Positions 47,982-55,823 of a DNA stretch of 64,000 nt are shown piece by piece. Under the pieces are notes generated by a model. It worked only from the letters and a program-made list of their open reading frames with translations. It was not told the DNA's origin and ran no database searches. This DNA is from Gemmatimonadota bacterium (GTDB taxonomy: Bacteria; Gemmatimonadota; Gemmatimonadetes; Palauibacterales; Palauibacteraceae): the NCBI GenBank assembly GCA_965116475.1, contig OZ220691.1:1536001-1600000 (forward strand), written 5' to 3'. A program made the translations under genes and the position numbers. Each line of letters begins with the position of its first letter. Position 1 is the stretch's first letter.

Positions 47982-49514
47982 ATGAAGCAGTGGTCCCATA
48001 GCGGGAGTCCCGGCTTGGTCGATCGTGAATCGAAGGCCGACGACGGATTGAATCCGGAGGACTTCACCCTCCCGTCGCTCCGGCCGCGCGACCTGCTCGC
48101 GCACTTCGGCCCCGGACTGATCCTCATGATGACGGGGATCGGAACGAGCCACGTCGTGACCGCGCCAACGGCCGGCGGCCGGTTCGCCTACGCTCTCCTC
48201 TGGTGCCTGCCCGTCGCCTACGTCTTCAAGTACTACGGGTTCGAGATGGCCTTCCGGTTCACCAACGCCACCGGGAAGAGTCTCCTAGAGGCCTATGCCA
48301 CGGCGCGCTGGAAGTGGCCGCTCTGGTACGTGATGGCGACGACGCTCATCCAGTGCGCCATCGGCCAGGCGGGGCGGCTGATCGCCGCGGCCGCCGTCCT
48401 CTACTACCTGTTCAGCGAGTACCTGGGCCTTCCCGTCCCGCTCGAGGCGTACGCGGCGCTGCTCGGCGTGGTCTCCGTGGGGATCATCCTCCGGGGCAGT
48501 TACAAGGCGGTCGAGAACACGACGAAGGCGCTCGCGGGCGTCCTCGTCCTCTCCTCGGTCGCCGTCTACATCGTCCAGCCGGCGCCGCTCGCCGAGATGG
48601 GACGCTTCTTCCTCTTCGAGATCCCCGATGGATCGTGGCTCGTGATCGCGGGTTTCCTCGGACTCCTGCCCACCGGCATCGACGTCTCGCTGCAGGCGTC
48701 GGAGTGGGGGAAGGCGAAGCGCGCGGGCATGAGCAAGGTCCGGCCCCACCTCGAGGCGACCGGCGTGGCGCCTCGCTTCGACCCCTTCACCTCGCCCGCC
48801 TCCGACCTCGCGGTCGATACCTCGCGGCTGTCGCCGCACGCGCGCGAGTACTGCCGGCGCTGGTTCCGGATCGGGCTGTGGGACTTCCGGACCGGCCACA
48901 TCGTCTCGTTCGTGCTCGCGGCGATCTTCGTCCTGCTCGCCGCGGTGTGGCTCTATCCGAGCCCGATCGAGGGACGCGCCGTCATGGGAGAGATCGCGGG
49001 CATCTTCACGCTCAGCGTGGGGCCGGGGATGATGATGATCTTCATGCTCGGCGCGCTCGCGGCCACGTATTCCACGGCCTTCAACTACTTCGACGGCTGG
49101 CCGCGCATCGTCGGCGCCTGCTGCCGGAACCTCTTCCGCACGACGGCGCGCCTGAACGGGATATCGCCCGAGGACCGCGCCGATTCCGAACGCCGCCGGA
49201 CCTGGAACTCCGAGTACAACATCTACCGGCTGACGATGTTCTACTCGCTCATCGCTTCGGTCCTCTACATCACCTTCGACCCGCGTCCCGTGTTCCTCGT
49301 GCTCGTCGCGTCGGCGCTCGCCTTCTTCGTCGCGCCCGTGATCTACTTCTTCAACCTCTACTTCTGCCTGAAGGTGATCCCGAAGGAGGACGAACTCTTC
49401 TACCCATCCTGGTTCGCGCGATGGTTCGGCGGGCTGAGCCTGCTCATCTTCGCGGGCCTGTGCGGCATCCTGATCTTCGCGCGCGTGTTCCGGATCCCCC
49501 TGTTCGGCGCGTAG
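47982..49514 (+). CDS. Nramp/MntH-superfamily transporter, non-DPGN subgroup
   Basis: FGPGLILMMTGIGTSHVVTAPTAG, KYYGFE..RFT.ATG and DGWPR motifs; multi-TM. Start uncertain. Confidence 0.8.
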   Translation: MKQWSHSGSPGLVDRESKADDGLNPEDFTLPSLRPRDLLAHFGPGLILMMTGIGTSHVVTAPTAGGRFAYALLWCLPVAYVFKYYGFEMAFRFTNATGKSLLEAYATARWKWPLWYVMATTLIQCAIGQAGRLIAAAAVLYYLFSEYLGLPVPLEAYAALLGVVSVGIILRGSYKAVENTTKALAGVLVLSSVAVYIVQPAPLAEMGRFFLFEIPDGSWLVIAGFLGLLPTGIDVSLQASEWGKAKRAGMSKVRPHLEATGVAPRFDPFTSPASDLAVDTSRLSPHAREYCRRWFRIGLWDFRTGHIVSFVLAAIFVLLAAVWLYPSPIEGRAVMGEIAGIFTLSVGPGMMMIFMLGALAATYSTAFNYFDGWPRIVGACCRNLFRTTARLNGISPEDRADSERRRTWNSEYNIYRLTMFYSLIASVLYITFDPRPVFLVLVASALAFFVAPVIYFFNLYFCLKVIPKEDELFYPSWFARWFGGLSLLIFAGLCGILIFARVFRIPLFGA

Positions 49515-49582
49515 CCTTCCGACGAAAGACGCCCCTCCGGCGAAGACGGGAGCCGACGAAGCCGGGACCGGCTACCGGCCCG

Positions 49583-50017
49583 CTAGCCTCTGAGGCGCTG
49601 CACGAACCACCAGTAGTGACCCTCGAGGTCCCGGACTTCGTAGCTGCGGTCTGACCAGTAGTCCTCGCCGTAGTCCTGGGTGGCCGGCTCGGTGGTGATC
49701 GCGGCGCCGGCGGCCCGGGCCCGCTCGCAGTGGGCGTCGGCGTCGTCGACGTAGACCATGAGCGACTGCGTGTTCGCACCGTCCGCGGCGCGTGGGGATC
49801 GCGGATACGTCCGCCCCGGCGTGAGCCCGGCCTGCCCGACCATGATGAGGCCGCCGTTCAGGGCGAGTTGGGAATGCACGACCTGCCCCTGCTCGTTCTC
49901 GATTCTCTCCCGCACCTCGAACCCGAACGCCTCCGCCAGCCAGTCGATCGCGGCCCCGGCGTCGTCGTAGAACACCGCGGGAGTGATGCGCGGCCAGCCG
50001 TCGGGAGGGTTCTTCAT
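49583..50017 (-). CDS. VOC / glyoxalase family protein (PhnB-like)
   Basis: YDDAGAAIDWLAEAFGFE, HSQL, VDDADAH..RA.AAGA and DLEGHYWWF motifs. Confidence 0.9.
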   Translation of the reverse strand: MKNPPDGWPRITPAVFYDDAGAAIDWLAEAFGFEVRERIENEQGQVVHSQLALNGGLIMVGQAGLTPGRTYPRSPRAADGANTQSLMVYVDDADAHCERARAAGAAITTEPATQDYGEDYWSDRSYEVRDLEGHYWWFVQRLRG

Positions 50018-50039
50018 GAGTTCTTCATCAGTTCTTCAT
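50009..50039. repeat. 11-bp-period repeat of the VOC start region (gttcttcat x3)
   Basis: gttcttcat at 50009, 50020 and 50031. Confidence 0.75.
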
Positions 50040-51013
50040 GATGGGTAGGCGCCGGCGGCGCGGGCGCGCTGGCGGACGAGGGCGAGGACCACGTCGATCG
50101 TGGGGGTGGGGACGTCGACCATGCGGCCCATCTCCTGGACCGCGGTGACGAGGGCGTCGATCTCCATGGGACGGCCCTTGTCGAGGTCCTGCAGCATCGA
50201 CGTGCGGTGCGCGCCGACCGCCTCGATTCCGTTGATCCGGCGCTCGATATCGATGGAGAAGCGGGCGCCCAGGGCCTCGGCGACCGCCTGCCCCTCGAGC
50301 ATCATCGTCTTCGCGACGGCGCGCGTGTCGGGGTCCCGGGCAATGGTGTCCACCGTCTCGTGCGTGAGGGCGCTGATCGGATTGAAGGCGACGTTCCCCC
50401 ACAGCTTCACCCACATCTCGTTGCGGATTCCCCGCACCGGAGCCCTGAATCCGGCGTCGATCAACGCGCGCGCCAGCCGCCGCACGCGCTCGGTCTTCTC
50501 GCCGCTGGGCTCGCCGAGCGTGAACCGGTTGTACTTCAGGTGGCGGATGACGCCGGGCTCCGACACCTCGGTGGCCGCGTACACGACGCAGCCGATCACG
50601 CGCTCCGGGCCGATCCCGTCCCACTGCACGCCGCCGGGGTCGAGGCTCTCGAGGCGCCGGTCGCGCCACGGTCCGTCGAGCTGGTAGAAGTACCACCACG
50701 GGAGACCGTTCGTCGCCGTGACGACCGCCGTGTCGGGCCCGAGCAGGGGCTGCATCGCGTCCACGATCCAGGGGACGGAATGCGCCTTGAGCGTGACGAT
50801 CACGTAATCCTGCGGCTCCACCTCCGCCGGGTCGTCCGTGCAGCGGGGGTGGGCGACGCGCTCCTCGCCGTCGATGAGCAGGCGGACGCCGTGGCGCTGC
50901 ATCGCCTCCAGGTGCGGGCCGCGCGCGATCAGCGTGACGTCCCGCCCCGCGAGCGCCAGTTGCGCGCCGAGGTAGCCCCCGATCGCGCCGGCTCCGTAGA
51001 TGCAGATCCGCAT
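50036..51013 (-). CDS. PanE/ApbA family reductase (2-dehydropantoate 2-reductase-like; oxalyl-CoA reductase-type subgroup)
   Basis: GAGAIGG Rossmann motif; NGLPWWYF, KLWGN..FNPISALT and TSMLQD motifs; downstream of an acyl-CoA synthetase. Confidence 0.82.
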   Translation of the reverse strand: MRICIYGAGAIGGYLGAQLALAGRDVTLIARGPHLEAMQRHGVRLLIDGEERVAHPRCTDDPAEVEPQDYVIVTLKAHSVPWIVDAMQPLLGPDTAVVTATNGLPWWYFYQLDGPWRDRRLESLDPGGVQWDGIGPERVIGCVVYAATEVSEPGVIRHLKYNRFTLGEPSGEKTERVRRLARALIDAGFRAPVRGIRNEMWVKLWGNVAFNPISALTHETVDTIARDPDTRAVAKTMMLEGQAVAEALGARFSIDIERRINGIEAVGAHRTSMLQDLDKGRPMEIDALVTAVQEMGRMVDVPTPTIDVVLALVRQRARAAGAYPS

Positions 51014-51017
51014 CAGC

Positions 51018-51089
51018 GGGCCGGGCGGCGCCCGTGGGCCGGGCGGCGCCCGTGGGCCGGCCGGCTCCCGCGGGCCCGGCGGCTCACGT
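51018..51089. repeat. 18-bp tandem repeat x4, mostly intergenic
   Basis: gggccgggcggcgcccgt x2, gggccggccggctcccgc, gggcccggcggctcacgt. Confidence 0.8.
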
Positions 51090-52655
51090 CAGGCCCAGCT
51101 TCTCGGCCATGCCGATGCGCTGAATCTTGCCGGTCGGGCCCTTGGGGATGTCGTCCATGAGAAGGATCCTGCGCGGGACCTTGAAGTCGGCGAGCCGCTC
51201 CGCCGCGAACGCCTGGAGTTCCCGCGGCGTCGCCTCCATCCCTTTGCGGAGCACCGCGGCCGCGGCGATTTCCTCGCCCAGCTTCGGATGCGGCATCGCG
51301 AACGCCACGACCTGCCGCACGGCCGGGTGGTCGAGGATCGCCTCGTCGATCTCGCGCGGCGACACCTTCTCTCCCCCGCGGTTGATGATCTCCTTCAGGC
51401 GACCCGTGATCGTGACGTAGCCCTCGTCGTCCATCACGCCCTGGTCCCCCGTGCGGAACCAGCCGTTGGTGAAGGCCTCGGCGTTCGCCGCGGGGTTGTT
51501 CTCGTATCCGTCGCTGACGTTGGGGCCGCGGATGACGATCTCGCCCACGTCGCCAACCGGCAGGAGCCTGGGGCCCGACTCATCCATGACCGAGACCTCG
51601 GGGCCGGCGGCGATCCCCACGGTCCCCGGCTTGCGCGCGGCGGGCGGGAGCGGGTTGCTCGTCATCTGGTGCGCCGCTTCGGTCATCGCGTACGACTCGA
51701 TGACGGGGACACCGAACGTCTCCTCAAGTTCGGCCATCACCTGCGGAAGGAGAGGGGCGGAGGCCGAGCGGATGAAGCGCAGGTCGGCCCGATCGATCGC
51801 GTCGCGGTTCCTCGGGGCGCGCACCAGAATTGCCTGGTGCATGGTGGGGACGGCGGTATAAAAGCTGGGCCGCGCCTCGTCGAGCCAGCCGAAGAAGCGG
51901 AGGGCGTTGAAGCCGGGAGTGGAGAAGATCGACCCCCCCACGCCGAGCGGCGCGAGGACCGCGGCGATCAGCCCGTGGATGTGGAACAGCGGCATCACGT
52001 TCAGGCAGCGGTCGTCGGCCGTGAGCCGCAGGGTGTGCGCGACGTTGACCGCGGAGGCGCACACGTTCCGGTGCGAGAGCGGCACGATCTTGGGTCGGGA
52101 CGTCGTCCCCGACGTGTGGAGGATGAGCGCGATGTCGTCCTCCGTCGCCCAGCCGCCCTGGGACCATGCGCCGCCGGATTCGGTGCCGCCGGATGCGGTG
52201 TCCCCGGATGCGGTGTCCCCGGATTCCTCCGGCACGAGTTCGAACTGTCCGGCCGGCGCCTGGGGGTCGACGTGCAGCTCGAGCACCGGGATCCCGTGGC
52301 TCGCGGCCGCGGCGCGGGCCGGGGAGTCGCTTCCCGCTTCGACGATGAGGGTCTTCGCGCTGAGATCCGAGAGATAGAACTCGTGTTCGGGCTGCCGGTA
52401 CGCCGGGTTCAGGGGGGCGGCGGTGGCGGCGCAGGCGACGGAGACGAACGCGGACGCCATCTCGGGTCCGTTCGGGAGCACGATCGCCACGCGGTCGTTG
52501 CGGCCGATGCCGAAGCCGTTGAGCGCGGCGACGGTGCGCTCCACCTGGCGGCGGAGGCCGTCGAAGTTCAGCGGCTCGCGGCCGGGGGCGGCGATTGCGG
52601 GACTCTCCCCCGAACTGCCCGCGAGCAGTTCCCGGACGGTGACGGGATGTGGCAT
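51084..52655 (-). CDS. Acyl-CoA synthetase (oxalate-CoA ligase / AAE3 / PCS60-like)
   Basis: LHTSGTTSRPK, MPLFHIHGL, YAMTEAAHQMTSN, FRTGDQG, INRGGEK and PKGPTGKIQR motifs. Confidence 0.87.
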   Translation of the reverse strand: MPHPVTVRELLAGSSGESPAIAAPGREPLNFDGLRRQVERTVAALNGFGIGRNDRVAIVLPNGPEMASAFVSVACAATAAPLNPAYRQPEHEFYLSDLSAKTLIVEAGSDSPARAAAASHGIPVLELHVDPQAPAGQFELVPEESGDTASGDTASGGTESGGAWSQGGWATEDDIALILHTSGTTSRPKIVPLSHRNVCASAVNVAHTLRLTADDRCLNVMPLFHIHGLIAAVLAPLGVGGSIFSTPGFNALRFFGWLDEARPSFYTAVPTMHQAILVRAPRNRDAIDRADLRFIRSASAPLLPQVMAELEETFGVPVIESYAMTEAAHQMTSNPLPPAARKPGTVGIAAGPEVSVMDESGPRLLPVGDVGEIVIRGPNVSDGYENNPAANAEAFTNGWFRTGDQGVMDDEGYVTITGRLKEIINRGGEKVSPREIDEAILDHPAVRQVVAFAMPHPKLGEEIAAAAVLRKGMEATPRELQAFAAERLADFKVPRRILLMDDIPKGPTGKIQRIGMAEKLGLT

Positions 52656-52677
52656 GGTCAGGTCAGGCCGGCCCGGG

Positions 52678-54432
52678 TCAGCAGGAGACGCAGCGGTGGT
52701 TGTTCTTCGCCCCGAGGCTCTCGAGCAGGGCGATCGTCTCCGGGAACGGCTGCACGCGCTGGACCGGCCCATTGGCCAGGTCGACGGTCGTCTGGCCGTT
52801 GCGGGCCACGAGCGTCACGTCGGCACCGCGCTCGACGAGATAGAGGATCATCTCGTTGTCCCCGCGCGAGGCGGCGTGGTGCGCGGGCGTGTAGCCGTTG
52901 TGGTCGCGCGCGTTCACGTCGGCGCCGAGTTCCTCGACGAGGAACTTCATGGCCGGCAGCCAGCCGTCCGGCACGTGGCGGTGCGAGTTGCCCGCGAAGC
53001 CCTGCCCGTAGCCGACGCCGGCCGCCGCGTGGATGGGGTGGACCGCCGGACCGCCCACGGGTATGGGGTCGAGGCCGGAATAATCGATGTCGTCTCCGCC
53101 GCGGCCGTAACGCCGCTGGGGAACCTTCGCGGTCGGCGTCGCCGGGTCGGCCCCGTATTCGAGGAGCAGCTTCATGGCGGCGATGTCGAGCGCGTGCGCG
53201 GCGCGCCAGAAGGGCGTGGCGCCGGTGCGGTCGACGCCCAGGAGGTCCCGGTTGTACGTCGTGAACCAGAGCGACTTCTCCAGCCGCGGGTTCGGGTCGA
53301 CGCCCGCTTCGAGCAGCGTCCGCATGACGTCGAGGTACGCCCACTCCTGCTGGTGCACGTCGGTGGGCTGCGGATGCCGGGCCTTCGGCGCCCAGTGCAT
53401 GTTGAGCGCCGCGTACAGCGGGGTGGCCCCGGCGTCGCTCCGGAGGTTCGGGTCGGCCCCGCGCGCGAAGAGTTCCATCGCGAGGTCGAAGTGCCCGTTG
53501 ATCATCGCGATGAGCAGCGGGGTCGTGCCGTCCGCGGCGCTCCGCTGGTCGATGTCCGCGCCCCTGTCGAGCAGGGCCAGCGCCGCGTCGCGGTGGCCTT
53601 CGCGGGCCGCGAGCAGGAGCGCCGTCAGCCCGCCGTGCGTGCCGACGAGGTCGGCGTAGTTGCCCAGGCAGCCGGAGCAGGTGGGCTCCTCGGGGTCCTC
53701 GAGCCGCACGGTCTGGAGGCCGGGGCCGGGGCCGGCGGTCGGCCTGGGGGCGGCTTCGCGCGGTGACGGGACCGGCGGCGCTCGGCCCGCCCGGCGCGCG
53801 GCCACGCGGGCATTGCGTTCGCGGCGGTCGAGCTGGTCCCACGCGTCGCGCGCCACGATGTCGAGCACGTACGCGGTGGCCGAGGGGTCCGCCCCCGCGT
53901 CGATGAGGGCGTCAACGGAGCCGGCCCGGCCCGCCGCCGCGGCGAACATGAGCGGCGTCTGGCCCCATTCGGGCTCCCGGGCGTCCGGATCGGCCCCGTG
54001 GCGCACCAGCGCCTCGACCGCACCGGCAGCCCCGGCCGCGGCCGCGAAGTGCAGCGCGGTCGCGCCGGTCGACGTCGCGTCGCGCGCGTCGGCTCCGGCT
54101 GCCAGCAGCGCCTCGACGAGCGGCGCGTGCGCCGCGCGGCTCGCCACGTGGAGCGGCGTGTGTCCGCCCAGCCGCGTGCCCGCCTCGAGCGCGGCGCCCG
54201 CCTCGATCAACACCCCGGCCACGTCGAGCCGCCCCTTCATCGCGGCCCAGTGCAGTGCCGTCATGCCGTCGCCCCGCGCGGCGTTCACGTCCTCGCCCGC
54301 GGCGAGCAGCGACCGCACGGCCTCCAAGTCGCCGCGCATGGCCGCGTCGGCCACCGGAGCATCCGGCCCGCCCGCCGCCCCGAGCGCGAGCAGCGCCGCG
54401 GCCGCGAAGACGAGCGATCGCGCGCGCCGCAT
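52678..54432 (-). CDS. Secreted ankyrin-repeat protein (DUF1592/DUF1552 operon, copy 2)
   Basis: Signal peptide; ankyrin repeats; WAPK..PQP, TPFWRAA and HAAAG.GY motifs shared with 11957-13954; ends CVSC. Confidence 0.9.
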   Translation of the reverse strand: MRRARSLVFAAAALLALGAAGGPDAPVADAAMRGDLEAVRSLLAAGEDVNAARGDGMTALHWAAMKGRLDVAGVLIEAGAALEAGTRLGGHTPLHVASRAAHAPLVEALLAAGADARDATSTGATALHFAAAAGAAGAVEALVRHGADPDAREPEWGQTPLMFAAAAGRAGSVDALIDAGADPSATAYVLDIVARDAWDQLDRRERNARVAARRAGRAPPVPSPREAAPRPTAGPGPGLQTVRLEDPEEPTCSGCLGNYADLVGTHGGLTALLLAAREGHRDAALALLDRGADIDQRSAADGTTPLLIAMINGHFDLAMELFARGADPNLRSDAGATPLYAALNMHWAPKARHPQPTDVHQQEWAYLDVMRTLLEAGVDPNPRLEKSLWFTTYNRDLLGVDRTGATPFWRAAHALDIAAMKLLLEYGADPATPTAKVPQRRYGRGGDDIDYSGLDPIPVGGPAVHPIHAAAGVGYGQGFAGNSHRHVPDGWLPAMKFLVEELGADVNARDHNGYTPAHHAASRGDNEMILYLVERGADVTLVARNGQTTVDLANGPVQRVQPFPETIALLESLGAKNNHRCVSC

Positions 54433-55823
54433 CAGTCCGCCGCCTCCGCGAAGGAGAACGTCCCGGTGCTGTTCCCGAAGCTCGTCACGTCATCCATCCC
54501 GAGCCGGTGCATGAGGCTCAGCATCACGTTCGCCATCGGCGTCCCCGGCGCGGCCCGCAGGTGCAGGTTGCCCTCCATCCTCCCCTGCGCGCCGCCCACC
54601 ACGAAGAGCGGGCACCGCTTGTGGTTGTGCACGTTCGGATCCCCCATCGGCGACCCGTAGATGATCATCGTCTTGTCGAGCAGGTGCGTGTCCCCCTCCA
54701 TCGACGCCTTCAGCCGGTCGAGGAAGTACGGGACGAGCCCCACGTGGTAGCGGTTGATCTGCGCGAAGTCCGTGATGTTGTTCTCGTTGTCCCCGTGGTG
54801 CGACGCCGGGTGGAAGCCCCTGTCGATCCCGCTCTCGGGATAGACCCGCCCCGACGCGTCCCGTCCCATCTTGAACGAGAACACGCGCGTCATGTCCGCC
54901 TGGAAGGCGAGCGCCTGCAGGTCGAACATCAGCTTCACGTGCTCGTCGAACGAATCGGGCACGCCCGCCGGCGCCTCCGGCAGATCCCGGTCTTCGCCGG
55001 ATTCGTTGCGCGCCACCACGCGCTGGATGCGGCGCTCGATCTCCCGCACGTTTTGAAGGTAGCGGTCCATGCGCTGCCGGTCGGACGGATCGAGCCGACC
55101 CCTGAGGCTCGCGACTTCACCCGTGAGGAAGTCGAGGATGCTCGCGCTCGAACGCTGCCGCGCCGCCCGCGCCTCGGGCGTCCCGCCGGCCCCGAAGAGC
55201 TGGTCGAACGCGACCCGCGGATCCCGGATCATCGGAAGCGGCTGCGTCGGCGAGGACCAGCTGATCGTGTCCGTGTAGACGCACGCGTACCCGTACGCGC
55301 AGCCTCCCGCCTGATCCACGTTCTCGATGCAGAGCTGCATGGACGGGATCGGCGTGTCCTGCCCGAAGCGGTGCGCGTAGAGCTGGTCCACCGACGGCCC
55401 GACGAAGACATCCGAACTCTCGGTCTGCTTCGGATGCGCCTGCGTGAGGAAGGTGGCGCTCGACCGGAAGTGGTCCCCGCCGATCTCCTTCGGCTGCCTG
55501 GCTTCGGCCGGCTCGACGTCGGTGTCGCTGATGATCGTGAGATAGTCCCGGTACGGCTCGAGCGAACTGAGCGCGGTCGGCGACAGGTCGAAGCCGCGGC
55601 CGGTCGCGGCGGGCGACCAGTAGTTCTGCGCCGCCCCGAACCCGCTGCTCCCCGCCGAGCCGTGTACCATCTCGATGCAGACGAGCCGCGTCGGATCCGC
55701 CACTTCCCGCGCCCACAGCCGGCCCGCCGGCATCATCGCGTCGAGGAACGGCAGGGCGACGGTCGCCCCCGCGCCCCGGAGGAACGTCCGGCGAGAGAGG
55801 TGTTTCCCTGTGATGAACTCCAT
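54432..55823 (-). CDS. DUF1552 (HxxSHH) domain protein with Tat-like signal, copy 2
   Basis: SRRTFLRGAGATVALPFLDAM leader; GGDH, CAYGYAC, HPASHH and HNH motifs. Confidence 0.88.
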   Translation of the reverse strand: MEFITGKHLSRRTFLRGAGATVALPFLDAMMPAGRLWAREVADPTRLVCIEMVHGSAGSSGFGAAQNYWSPAATGRGFDLSPTALSSLEPYRDYLTIISDTDVEPAEARQPKEIGGDHFRSSATFLTQAHPKQTESSDVFVGPSVDQLYAHRFGQDTPIPSMQLCIENVDQAGGCAYGYACVYTDTISWSSPTQPLPMIRDPRVAFDQLFGAGGTPEARAARQRSSASILDFLTGEVASLRGRLDPSDRQRMDRYLQNVREIERRIQRVVARNESGEDRDLPEAPAGVPDSFDEHVKLMFDLQALAFQADMTRVFSFKMGRDASGRVYPESGIDRGFHPASHHGDNENNITDFAQINRYHVGLVPYFLDRLKASMEGDTHLLDKTMIIYGSPMGDPNVHNHKRCPLFVVGGAQGRMEGNLHLRAAPGTPMANVMLSLMHRLGMDDVTSFGNSTGTFSFAEAAD

